A stretch of DNA of 64,000 nucleotides, from NCBI RefSeq assembly GCF_002571385.2, contig NW_019218237.1, positions 17,916-81,915 on the forward strand. Reading direction: 5' to 3'. A model generated the notes under the pieces. It was not told the DNA's origin and made no database searches. It worked only from the letters and a program-made list of their open reading frames with translations. Source of the DNA: Stylophora pistillata (lineage: Eukaryota). Below are positions 47,923-60,160 of the stretch, piece by piece. Position 1 is the first letter of the stretch. Each line of letters begins with the position of its first letter. The translations under genes and the position numbers were made by a program.

Positions 47923-49809
47923 ATATTGACGTGACTGAGTCCGACGGAAGAGGTGTTGGTGATGTCGCATTCAACAGAACAGTTGATGCAGCTGCTGAAT
48001 CCACTTGAGAAGAGGTAGCAATTGTTTCTGGTACAACTAATATTGTTGTTGAATTTGATGAAAGAGATGTAAATGTCAGTGTTTGTGACACAACAGCTGA
48101 TCTTGTATTTGGTATTGATGTTTCTGGTACCACTTCTGATGGCGTTGTTGAATCAGATTTTGGTGCTGTTGATTTTGGAACAACCGTAATGGATGTTGCT
48201 GAATTTATCGGAACAGATGTTTGTTTTGTTGTTCCTGTCATAGAAGCTGATGGTATTGTTGAATCTGATGGAGGAGTTAAGGTTGTTGCTGTTGCTGTTT
48301 GAATTAAGACAGCTGACATCGTTGATGAATCTGATGAAGCATATGTTGGCACTACTGTTTCTGGCAAAATACTGACAGGTGAATTTGTTGATGACTCAGC
48401 TGGAAAAGATGATGGCGTCGCTGTTCCTGTCACCACAACTGATGGTGTGGCTGTTTTTGAAACAGCTAGTGATGATGTTTTGGAATCAACTAGAACAGAT
48501 ATTGGTTTGGTTGATTCTGGAATTACAGGTGAGGGAGTAGTTGAATTTGATGGAACAGATGTCGACGTTGTTGTTTCTGTCACCACAGCTGATGGCGTTG
48601 TTGAATCAACTAGGACAGATATTGATGCTGTTGTATCTGTCATCATAGCGTATTGTGATGTTGAATTGACTGGAGCAGGTGGTGCTGTTGTTTCTGGAAT
48701 TGCAGATAACGGTGAAGTGGACTTTGATGGAACAGAAGTTTGTGTTATTGTTTTTGGCGCATTCATCGATGTTGTTGAATTTACAGGAAGAGATGTTAGA
48801 GTTGTCGGTTTCGGTTCAAAAGGGATTGTCGATTCCGGTGGTGCAGATGATGGAGTTATTTTTCCTGGAGCTACTGTTGATGGTGTTGTTGAATTGAATG
48901 GCGCGAATGTTGATCTTGTTGTTTGCTGCACAACGGAAGGATCAGTTGCTGGCGTTGTTGAACCAGGCACAATGGCTGAAATTGTTGAATTTAATGGTAG
49001 AGGCATTGGTGTTGCTGTTTGTGGCAAAACAGGTCGTGTTGTGGTTGTTTCTTCTGGAGCAGATGTTGACGTTGTTATGTTTGGCGCAACAGCTGATTGC
49101 GTTGCTGAGGTTTTTGAAAGAGAGGTTGGTGTTGTAACTTTTGGTACAACAGCTGAAGGTGTTGTTGGAATAACTTGATATGATGAGGTTGATGTGACCG
49201 TCACGGTAGGTGATTGGGATTTTGAATCAGATAGAATGTAGCTTTTTGTTGCTGTTGACGTTGGCAGAAGAACTGATGGTGTTGCTGAATCTACCTGAGC
49301 AGACGTTAGCGTTGTGGTTTCTGGTACAACAGGCGATGGTGTTGTCGAATCAACAGGAGAAGATGTTGGTTTTCTCATTTCTGACACAACAGTTGATGTT
49401 GTTAAACCCACTGGGGCGGATGCTGGCGTCGTTCTTTCTGGCAGAACAGCTAATGATATTGTTGAATCAACTGAAGCAGTTGTCGTTGATCCGGTTTCTG
49501 ACACAGCGGGTGATGGCGTCGTTGAATCTAATGGAACGGTTGTTTGCACGGGTGATGGTGTGGTACCCGAAGGCACAGATGTTGGTGTTGTCGTCTTTGG
49601 TAGAACATCAGATAATATTGTTGAAGCTGGTGAACCTGGTCTTGGCGTTGCTCTTCTTGGCAGATTAGGTGAAGCAGTTTCTGTATTTGTTACAAAAAAA
49701 AAAATTGAGAGGATTGTCTTATTCAATATAACAGTTGATGTTGTTCGTGTATTTTGTAGGTTGGGTGAGGATGAAGCATCTTGCAAAGTGACATATTGCG
49801 TTGTTTTAA
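47361..49809 (-). CDS. Large Ser/Thr/Pro-rich mucin-like exon; parent gene incomplete
   Basis: More than 810 open codons of STTPS/VPET-type repeats. A candidate phase-1 acceptor (ttaatttttttcag at 49810) is in frame with ORF 47336..49786. The frame is cut by the N at 47360. Confidence 0.7.
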
Positions 49810-52800
49810 CTGAAAAAAATTAACTTTGGTATATTTTTCGTCGACGTTGTGCCATTTTTGCGGTTTTTGTTTAGCGATTGCATTGATGTCTGTGATATGG
49901 TACCTCTGTTAGAAATATTGAATGAGTTGGATTGATATAGAGATGATATATTCCTAAGCTAGTGTTCATAGCCGAATTTAAGAGATTTATATTTTTCTTA
50001 GTTTGGCAAGAAACCAAAACAATGTTCCCGAATCAGTTCATTACCAAAACGACAGATCCGAGAAGACACCTTTCTTAGAAAACGTCCTTTCTCGGCTTTA
50101 ATCTGAGGATTAAGTAAAACACTGTTCGACTCTAGAGATGTCTAGTAGTACTCCTAACCTAGAAAGGTCACCAAAAATATATATTTTGTCAATATTAGTG
50201 TTGGAAACCCAGATCTCTGGAGTTGATATATATCCTACGATATTAAAAGTCACTTCTGTTATATACATGTATAAGAAAAATACGAAGGGTCGATTCAATA
50301 TGGTCTGCTAAAGATGCCTTATATTATACTTTGCATTTATTCTCTGATTTATTTATTGATATCTATTATAGTCAAACTAAGATCGTTGTGGTGCCTTATT
50401 TGAGTTTCGTGTTGTTTGCAATCAAAACAGCCCAGTAGTCGCCAATATTTTGAGATGGTGTTGCAATATCATAATTCTGGAGTCATTGGTTAGGTTTTTT
50501 TATAAGAGCTGTGAATTAGGACAACCACACCTCGATATGTGACAATTTTTTCTGAAATAACCGTTAAAAAACTACTTTCTAGCAGTCGATCGCTTGCCTC
50601 CACAAAAGCTTATATACATAAAGAATAATTCCCGGAGTTCCACGGCGGCGAGGATCACGTCAGGATATTGTTGTTCTGACGAAGAAAGCGGAAGAAACTA
50701 TAAAATAAAGAGTTTAACAGTTTTTAAAAAGATTTACCTTCCTCTTGACTAAGTTGGTTTTCATAATCTTCAAAATGTTAGTTACGTAATGATTAATCTG
50801 CAATAGTAAACATCTAAGAACAAAGCCGAAAAAAAAAAGGAAAAAAAAAAGCAATTAAGTTTCCAAAGGTCCTCTAGAGATACTAAGTTACCTTCGGTAG
50901 GTATTTTAAAGGTCTCACTCTATGTATGTTTGAAAGATGAAAAATATACGTACAACGTCAACTATAACTACAGAATCTACCACATTGAAAAAGTGCACTT
51001 TCACTAAAATGAGGAATGAAAGAGTACTTTCACCATTCTCAGACGAGCACTATTGGCCAACAGTCATAATCTATCATGTTATTGTCATTACTGATAGGTT
51101 GTGGTGTTATGTGATGAAAAACGAAGTTTTTCTTTTCACGGCGTTATCAATTACTTCACTTACCTATCTGAGCCCAAGATAGCGTTGATAAAATTGTTAT
51201 CTGTAAAGCCAGTACAATCAGAAGATCGAAGCTCATTGTAAAAGTATTCACGGCCCCTTAAGCTTCCTTGTAGCTGGTGTCAAAAATTTCTAATTCGAAT
51301 GGTCTGACAAATAACTCGAGGAACTCATAAAGCTGTTGTTCTCATCAAAGCGAACCCTCTATGGTAATCCACTCCGCTTGCTATTGGCCTTTTTATAACC
51401 TTGTTTTTGCGTGCACGGATCTGGTCGCATATCTCAGTTTGTTTGTAACTTCCATGGCAATTTACTTTGTATTCACTATGTAATGATTATATACAGCGAC
51501 AAGGTGATATTGCATTCGTGGTTATTAATTGTATATCAGTGTATTTTCTGTTTAATATCATGAAGACGAATCGACTGTAAATGAAACGTGGTTAAGCTAC
51601 TCTTGTTGTGTTTGGTCGACTAAATAGACATCATCGTTGTCCATAAGCAAACAGCTTTTCAAGCTCTCCAAGGGTGAAGCTAGTGCCCAATGATCCATTA
51701 GTATCCAGTAAGCACGGTTACTCATGATGCATTCATGGCTAGGGAGTCGATGAGTTTGAGATTGCTGTGTCCAGCCTTCTTTTGCGGTTTAATTTAGTAA
51801 TATTATCTCTATCTTAATCCACTTTTAATATTTCATTTACCAATTCCAATTGTATTAGTAATGTATCTCTGAACCTAGTATTCAAAAACTTACTCTCCAA
51901 AATGTATGCACCTTTACATTGAGCCCACGGGTAAGGGTGACGCAAACACACTTTCATGGGTGACTCGCGTATATTAATGGATGAGCTCAAGTTTCTAAAA
52001 GCTAGAAGTTCACGAGAATTGAGAGTCAATATACAGCGGTAAAATACAGACAAGTTATGATTGGTACAACGATCGAGAGAGGATAACTTTCAGGCAATGT
52101 GTCATATTTATATCTGGAGCACGTGAATAGAGTTTTTATATCTACTCAAAATTTATAGGCCGGTGCATCGCTCTTAAATGTTCCAAAAACTTTTAGTACT
52201 GAAAAAAAAGAGAGAATTTTTCAACCAAGATTAATAATAATGGCTCAGTTTTCCGCCCAGTGCAAGTTATGATGCCCATGCAAGACTCAAGTATATTAAT
52301 AGATGTGCTCACGTTGCCAAGGGCAATTGAGTGACAATATACGCACGTGAAATTCAGACAAGGCATGACTGGTACAATAAGCGAGAGGAGACAAATTTCA
52401 GCCAACTGTCATGAATTTAAATATAAGAAAATGGTATGGGCTAAGATATCACTCTTCAATGCTCCAAAAATTTCTTTCGTTTAATGAATGAGCTAAGTTC
52501 ATTGTACCATCCCAAATTTTAATTTTCCACCAGGCATCAGCGAAAGAGAAATTGGAAGTAATCGTTGATATACGTATCAGAATTCTTATAAAAGTTCGTG
52601 AAAAAAAATTCTATTTGGGCCAGTTTTCTAATTTCGTTTTTGGGGCACATAAAATAGCGATGGATATTCCTTAAAAGACAAGAAAAATGCTGGTGAAAAA
52701 TATAAATATATATACTTTTTTTAACAGCTCAATGATAAAACTAGATAACAATAAGGTTCATTATTTCCCACCAGATTTTCTTTGCATAATATAGGAGAAT

Positions 52801-53964
52801 TTTAATTTTATATAGAGAATAAAGTCAGACGATATTAATGGCGGGGTCAAGTATAGGGCCTTCCCAAGAGAAAAGTCTCATCAGTAATTCTTATCTGTTA
52901 CCAAGATCGTTGTCATAACAACTATGAGATCTCATCCCAACAAGAGTGTAATGCAAACGAGGAGAGGGGGGGGGGGAGGAATGGTAAGAGTCTCTCATTT
53001 CCTATATTAATCCCAACCCCCTCCAGGTCTACTACACAATAAAGACATCAATTCTTAAGTTGTTAAACAAGAAGATATATTTATTACTGTTAAATCTAAT
53101 TCCTTTATGTCTACAAGTTTTTCCTCTACATCTTCAGATGAAAACAATGCCAAACGTAGGTAACAGTCGGTACAGTAAATCTTTAAAAAGTTTTCCTTTG
53201 AGGAATTCAAGTACACGAACACTATCTAAGTCCAATACAACTCGTATTTACTCCAACAAAAATAGTAATTACAAAATAAATATTATTCCTAAAAAAAGGT
53301 GAAGAAAGCTATATTCTAGCCCCACCCAAATAGAAACTACAATTTAATCACTTTCTTGGCATGCTTTCCGGTTATCACAAGAGACCGGATAGTCTGCCTC
53401 TTAATAAGAAGAATCAGTTTTCTCGCTGTTGCTCGGATTACATGTACTCAAAATATGTGAAGTGCTGAATATTGCAACCGATCGTGCAGGAAAACAAACC
53501 TACCGGTAGTTATGTTGTTGTTGAAAACAAGAAAAACACGCAAACCTCGGGCAAATACTCCCACTTTTCATTTTTAGAAAACGTCATGATCCAGTCGGCC
53601 AAATTCCTCTAGACAACCCACCCACCACTATCTCTCTCTCTCTCCCTCTCTCTCTTTTTTTTTTTTTTTTGTCATTTTTCATGACAGGTGCTTAACACCT
53701 TTCTATTCCCTAATTATTTCATGCAATAACAGGCACTGACCAGTGCCATATGTTTCTACCTTGTATACTGCTGATAAATACTCTTTCCAACTCCGTATGG
53801 AGAGTTTATTTAAGGATTACCGTGAGAATGTAATACTTACGAGGCTGAACCTTAAAAAGAGGTGTTACACTATACAACAGAGAAATCACTTTTAAGTAAC
53901 CATGTAACATTGATATATCTTTCCTGTGCTAATATGATATTGCTTAATGTTGTAGCTGTGTCAG

Positions 53965-54130
53965 TCACCTTCAACACCTAGTGAAGGGCTAACCCTCATA
54001 ACATCAGCTTTTTAAGCTCTTTAAGATGACCAATTTACATCATCAACTTAGTTGATAAAAACAAATTATCTTGTTATGCTTCCTACCTACAAAAAACAAC
54101 AGTTTCTTTAGAAATGTACCCCCTCTTTAC
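53965..54130 (+). mobile_element. Highly degenerate PLE terminal remnant
   Basis: gtgaagggctaaccctcataacatcagcttt...ccaatttacatcatcaacttagttgataaaa...acagtttctttagaaa aligns to the family tail. Confidence 0.6.
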
Positions 54131-55237
54131 CTATTATTACAGTCTGGGCAATATTATTATCTATGCCATCACTTATTCCATGCATGTCATTTAACAATCA
54201 CAGTATCTACAGAAACAGCTAAGTACTTAATTTTTGGTCACAAAGGACAGGTCTTTGCCACATCTTAATGCAATTAATTATGTCTTTCCTGGTACTAACA
54301 TACCTGTGGCCCAGGAGTCCACAAGTCATGTGGAATAAAGTAAAATTTTACCACACAACAAAGTCAACTAATTTTTAAACCATCATAACCAAGTGCAACT
54401 AACATTCAAACTTTCACAGAAATCTGTGAAAAGACCGAAATTAGGTATGTGAACCTTGCAGACAACCACTTTAAGCTACTGCCCAAAATATTTTCATTGT
54501 AATTTATTATCAGCCTCATTGAAATCCTGTTACCCAACTCTTCACACCATAAGATCAGTATGCATATTCTCCATACTGTTTTCTATACATTTCCTTAGGT
54601 GCTGACAAGGAAAATTTGTTATCTCAAGAGCTTTTTAAGGAAGTGATCATTTCCTTTATTCTCCTAACTTTGATGTGTGATTCCTGGGTGAAATCATACG
54701 AAGAAATTAGATGCTGTTTCCCTTGGGCTTTAGCATTTCTTAGTTACAAGTAGTGAAATGATTCCCCCAAGTGCACTGCAAAGAAAGCATTTAGAGAAAA
54801 AGAAACCTGAAAAAAAAGGTCAAGCTGATCTAACTTTAACTCCCAGAAGTGATTAGCATGCAACTTCTCCCTATAATATCCATGCATTATCCAGCAAACA
54901 TGAAATGAGAATACTCAAGCTTATGTTCAGTTATTGTCTTGATCTAACACCAAATTCTCTTACGTAGTTTCTAGCAAAATGTGAAGCAGATAGACTGGAA
55001 AATTACGAATCAGATCTTTCGAGTCAAAGGGTTAAACTCAGTACTTTTTACATCTAGAAATGCACTGTTCTTGGGCAACACCTCACCATGATTATAGGGT
55101 AGTTCAAACTTTTTGTTCCAATATTTACTGAAAAATGAGTAAATGGTTAACTTCTCACTTTGTGATTACTTCCAATTTCCATTATGACATTCAATAAAAA
55201 CAAACTACCATATGCTTACTTCAGACTCATCATGACA

Positions 55238-57409
55238 TTAAGTTGTTGGCTGTAGGCCTTGGTAGGGAACAGAAGAACCATTTCTCTTCCTAAAGCAGCA
55301 GTGGCCTTTGGATCGGCAAAACAGAGTACCAAGGAGACCAATGCTCATTACAATGATGAGCATTGGCCACAAAATACAGTGCAGAATCTTCATCTTATCA
55401 TTTTCTACTGAAGATCTTGTTAAAAACACCTCATCAAGCTTCTTACGATTGTAGAAACAGGTGTAGGTGTCATTAACTGAGCCGTAGTTGTCGTTGAAGT
55501 CTGAAACACTTTCACGGTTGTCAGAAAACTGATCACAGGGTTGAGTGCTGCACTGTAACAAAAATGTATCAATATTATAGACTGGCTGCGAGATGACAAG
55601 GTCTATTAGTTAAACTGTAACTGGTGGCAAAATTAGTTGACATAGAGCGACCTAGTATTTAGAAATTAAGTTTACAGTTACATGCAATTCACTTTATAGA
55701 ATGGTTGCAAGATGACAAGGTCTATTAGTTAAACTGTAACTGGTGGCAAAATTAGTTGACATAGAGCGACCTAGTATTTAGAAATTAAGTTTACAGTTAC
55801 ATGCAATTCACTTTATAGAATGGTTGCAAGATGACAAGGTCTATTAGTTAAACTGTAACTGGTGGCAAAATTAGTTGACATATAGCTACCTAGTATTTAG
55901 AAATTAAGTTTACAGTCACATGCAATTCACTTTATAGAATGGTTGCAAGATGACAAGGTCTATTAGTTAAACTGTAACTGGTGGCAAAATTAGTTGACAT
56001 AGAGCGACCTAGTATTTAGAAATTAAGTTTACAGTTACATGCAATTCACTTTATAGAATGGTTGCAAGATGACAAGGTCTATTAGTTAAACTGTAACTGG
56101 TGGCAAAATTAGTTGACATATAGCTACCTAGTATTTAGAAATTAAGTTTACAGTCACATGCAATTCACTTTATAGAATGGTTGCAAGATGACAAGGTCTA
56201 TTAGTTAAACTGTAACTGGTGGCAAAATTAGTTGACATAGAGCGACCTAGTATTTAGAAATTAAGTTTACAGTTACATGCAATTCACTTTATAGAATGGT
56301 TGCAAGATGACAAGGTCTATTAGTTAAACTGTAACTGGTGGCAAAATTAGTTGACATANNNNNNNNNNNNNNNNNNNNNNNNNNNNNNNNNNNNNNNNNN
56401 NNNNNNNNNNNNNNNNNNNNNNNNNNNNNNNNNNNNNNNNNNNNNNNNNNNNNNNNNNNNNNNNNNNNNNNNNNNNNNNNNNNNNNNNNNNNNNNNNNNN
56501 NNNNNNNNNNNNNNNNNNNNNNNNNNNNNNNNNNNNNNNNNNNNNNNNNNNNNNNNNNNNNNNNNNNNNNNNNNNNNNNNNNNNNNNNNNNNNNNNNNNN
56601 NNNNNNNNNNNNNNNNNNNNNNNNNNNNNNNNNNNNNNNNNNNNNNNNNNNNNNNNNNNNNNNNNNNNNNNNNNNNNNAAGGGAAGGTTGCTTTGAGTTA
56701 TGCGGATTTTTAACCGAAATATACTTAGTAAAAAGACTAAAAAAGCGCCCCTCACCTTGTTTTTGCTGTCGTAAACATTTTCATACAGATAAGCAGAGTG
56801 TTCCTCGCCGCCAGCGTTAAAGCTCACCGTTATCTCAAGACAAGGGTAACTCGAAGAGCAGTAGCGACCACAACTACAACTTTTCTCTACTACCGTCATT
56901 TCACTGGAGATGACTCTGCATTCGGCGCTCTCCAGCTTCATGTCGTTCATGGTGGGATGGACAATGAGGACTCCAAGCAGTATAAGCAATACCAAACCTA
57001 CCAGTAAGAACGAAACGCCGAGTCGGGCGAGACGGTAGCTGCAGCTTCGCCGAGGGAGTCTACGACTGATCACCACCGTGTTCGCGATCCCTTGTTGGAC
57101 ATGTATCTCCTGCTGCCGACGACGGATGTCTTCTCCACTGACGACATTAGGACCAGGATAATATGGTCTGGGATACCCGGGGTTGTGCGGATGAAATGCA
57201 CCCGGCTGTTGGGAATAGAAGGGTTGCTGTTGAACGCTCCCTCCGAAGTTCGTGGATCCAGGTTGTGGATTTTCCACTCTATACTGTGGCACTTGGGTGT
57301 ATGGCGGTGGATGTTCTAATCCAGCCCCATGTTGGCCTCCGTGAGGTTCGTTATTTGAGGAGGCAATAATAGTCCCGTCGGCGACACTAGATTTCTGCTT
57401 GGCGTCCAT
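55238..57409 (-). CDS. BK (Slo1) channel beta-subunit-like protein 1 (KCNMB/CaKB family), 2 exons, ~322 aa
   Basis: Exons 56756-57409 (donor gtgagg) and 55238-55552 (acceptor ttacag), phase 0. Two TMs around a Cys-rich loop: ECRVISS, CSCGRYCSSSYPCLEITV, NK|CSTQPC, YTCFYN, ILHCILWP. These resemble KCNMB motifs (SxYPCxxxxV, KCSYIPxC, HxxxWP). Confidence 0.8.
55591..56358. repeat. 119-bp satellite, at least 6.4 copies, running into a 320-N gap, in the KCNMB-like 1 intron
   Basis: agatgacaaggtctattag recurs at 55591, 55710, 55829 and onward. Confidence 0.97.
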
Positions 57410-57460
57410 GTTCAGTCTATTCAGTCGTATAACGTCATCGCAAGATCCTCAAAGCGTACG

Positions 57461-57509
57461 CAACCTCATTCCCAGGGTCCTCTCCTTTCCTCCCTCAGGA
57501 ACGAGGTTG
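57461..57509. mobile_element. 49-bp mini inverted-repeat element just upstream of the KCNMB-like 1 ATG
   Basis: caacctcattccc ... ggaacgaggttg. Confidence 0.55.
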
Positions 57510-57934
57510 AAGAGGGTCAGGAGACCTGCTGAAAACTTCTTTGGCCCGGAATCCCTCAGGTGAAGCCCACGAGGAAGATTTCCGTTGTTATCAGAACACA
57601 CGAAAATTTCGGGTTCGTGAGAATCAACGCGTGGGAAAATGTATGATAAGGACAGATATTTCTTTATATTTTAGTATGATAAGGACGGGCATTTTTCCAC
57701 ACGCGTGCGTGAGCACTTAATTAGTCAGTGATAGGACCTCTCACGTTTTCAAACATCTACAGAATTCTGAACATTGTCGCGCCTTGTGTTCAGTAGATTG
57801 TTTCCCTATCTTAGATCACGCCTCTACGAGTTTCCAACTCATGTAAATCTAAAGCTATCCTTTTAATTTTCATATTGTCACGTTGTCTGTTGTTTCTAGC
57901 TTAATTAGCATGTACTTATAAACTTGTAACGCTT

Positions 57935-57990
57935 TGTTAATCAGCTGAAGATGACAGAGATTTCTGTCGAAACATGTCTTTTAAACTCAA
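57935..57990 (+). ncRNA. Minimal hammerhead ribozyme motif of a second PLE-type family
   Basis: CUGAAGA (57945-57951), u, GACAGA-gauu-UCUGUC (perfect 6-bp helix II), GAAA, CAUGUC; palindromic ACAUGU; predicted cut after 57978. Confidence 0.65.
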
Positions 57991-59140
57991 AAGTTTTGTC
58001 GTTTTCATTTTAAACTTTTAAGGACAGATAAGAGTTTAATTGCCGTTCACCCGTTTAACCTGTAGATATTCGTTCAGTGGAAAGTTATTTTTTTCGTCCC
58101 TTGCCTTTCTTGGCGGCATGTCGCTGTAGTCTGTTACGACAAGTCTTTATCCAGTGTGAGAGTCGCTCGCTAGTTAAACCTCGAAATGCTCAAAATTCCA
58201 ACCAGAGTAGGCGTTAAAAAGTTCAGATATCAAGAAAAAAAACCATAAACGTTTATCCTGCTTTACCATGTTTGGTACGAAATGAAAGTTCTAGAGTGGA
58301 TTTACGTGCTTTGATTTAACCATAGTTCATAGACTGAGCCAGTGAAGTTACCCGTTTTCCAGCTTTGCGCCAGACCTCAGCACGGCCAACATAGCGGCGA
58401 GGAAAAAAGAGGAAAAAGACATGGCCGAAAAGTCCCCGGCGTGACCAGAAGCCTATTATCTTTTCTGACTTGACACACTTGAGACGACGTCGTTGTTGTC
58501 GTAATTGAAGAGTGCTGGAGAAGAGCCAGCAAAGCGAAAGAAAGTGAAAATAAGTGAAGCTTGTTTATGAAAAAGAGGAGCGGGAATTTCGTTTATCCTA
58601 CTCCTATGCAACGTATACCCAGTGTTTGTATCTGCTGCAAGTTCGAAATTCCAATGACTTTTCTGCCATCTAACGTGAAAGAAAATGTCAGATTTCTGGT
58701 TCTTCTGATATTTTATTATTACTAATTGTCAAACGTTTTCAATTGTTTCCTTCAACGGCTAAGAGACAAATGAATTATTTCCGTGTTTATTTAGTGGTCA
58801 GTCGCACAAAATAAAGAAAAACACTAAACATTTAATAGAAAAAATATATGAAAAAAAATACGTCTTAAAAGTACCGCAAGTACAACTGAAAACTTTGACG
58901 TGTAAAAAAATAAGATAAAAGAATGATGAAATAAATGGTTTCTTTCCGTTTCTGTAAATGCATTGATGGACATTTTGCCAAATCTGAACGAGGAGTATTT
59001 GTACTTTGCTGAATCAGTGCTTTCACGTGCTTCGGCATTGAGTTCATTCTTGCCACCTCACGACATATGAAGTAGAAGAGAATCAGACATACTCATGTTC
59101 CATTATCTTGAACAACCAAAAATAATCACGAGCGCAAGAT

Positions 59141-60160
59141 TTAATTGGCGGTGAGTTCTGTGCTACAAGGGTTTCGAGTCGAAAATGAAGTTAAATCTAT
59201 TTGCAAATGTTGCAGTCTCGAGTTTCTTTTCCTTAAAGAAAAAATCTTTCTATATTCTCTTCTTAAATTCCTGTTCAAAAAACCGTAAAGAAAAGGATTA
59301 ATTGCCCCTGAAAAATTGCCCAGAAATAGATAGAAAACATAGACTTGTCTCGGAAAGGAAACTTCACCTCGGAACGTGTCTATAAAATCTATTACCGCAA
59401 TTGGCATCCAACAGGCCAAAAGTCCCATCACCGTGATGAACAGAATCTTCGTTACTCTGACATCCGCATGAGTTATGTTATCCACAGCGGTAGAACACGA
59501 TCGCAAATTTTGAACTGTTCTCCGGTGAATACGTATTTGTCTGAACACAAGAGCATAGCATATACTTAAAGTAAAAGTAGGCACTCCGACATAGAAATAC
59601 ACGATGAAATTTGGAAAGGAAATTTCAGCTGTTTGGAAGCAAAACAACTTTCCGGGATGGAAGACATAACGTCGACCCGAAATTAAATAAGGTAATGGTT
59701 CCAGACAAGCTAAGCCGACTCCAAATGCTATCATAATTAAGGTTCTCCGTTTCGTAAAAATTCGTCGATAACGTTTCGTTAGCACCAGTCGGTAAAACCG
59801 ATTGATTGCAGTCAGAGTCAAGGTTAACAAAGAGGCGCAAGCCAAGATTATGACAAAAAATCCTTGAGTCTGGCAAACGTTGTCATTAAATGGCCAATAA
59901 CCAACGATGGCAACAACTATAGAATTAGGAGCACACAACAAGGGTAAAAGAATATCAGAGATCGCCAGAGACACGATGTAGTAGTTAGGAATCGTTCGGA
60001 GTCTTGAGTTTCTGTAAACCGCCAGAAGAACGCAGGAGTTTCCGATGATTGCCACCGAAATAATTAACAGGTAGAAAAACGTTTCACATATTACAACCTT
60101 CCTGTCTCGGTTTTGGAGCTCTTTTGCCAGAGTCGTGATTCCTTTTGCCATCATCGCCAT
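59141..60160 (-). CDS. Intronless rhodopsin-family (class A) GPCR, melatonin-receptor-like orphan
   Basis: 339-aa ORF with 7 hydrophobic segments: GN (TM1), SLAISD (TM2), Cys then NRF in place of DRY (TM3), CWMP (TM6), NPFLY (TM7), LRREYRKIF helix 8. Ligand cannot be inferred. Confidence 0.92.
   Translation of the reverse strand: MAMMAKGITTLAKELQNRDRKVVICETFFYLLIISVAIIGNSCVLLAVYRNSRLRTIPNYYIVSLAISDILLPLLCAPNSIVVAIVGYWPFNDNVCQTQGFFVIILACASLLTLTLTAINRFYRLVLTKRYRRIFTKRRTLIMIAFGVGLACLEPLPYLISGRRYVFHPGKLFCFQTAEISFPNFIVYFYVGVPTFTLSICYALVFRQIRIHRRTVQNLRSCSTAVDNITHADVRVTKILFITVMGLLACWMPIAVIDFIDTFRGEVSFPRQVYVFYLFLGNFSGAINPFLYGFLNRNLRREYRKIFSLRKRNSRLQHLQIDLTSFSTRNPCSTELTAN

Noticed and set aside
47323-49823. 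Plus-strand Val/Gly-rich and Leu/Met-rich ORFs
   Set aside because: Antisense shadows of the Thr/Ser/Pro-rich minus-strand frame.
50950-51040. Signal-peptide exon for the mucin-like gene
   Set aside because: The nearest minus-strand ATG is out of frame with the hydrophobic stretch and hits a stop; unsupported.
51540-51600. Further hammerhead (atgaagacg...gaaacgtgg)
   Set aside because: Core C is missing, there is no helix II pairing and no NUH site.
56324-56820. ORFs running through X residues
   Set aside because: Caused by the 320-N gap; the real exon ends at the 56756 donor.
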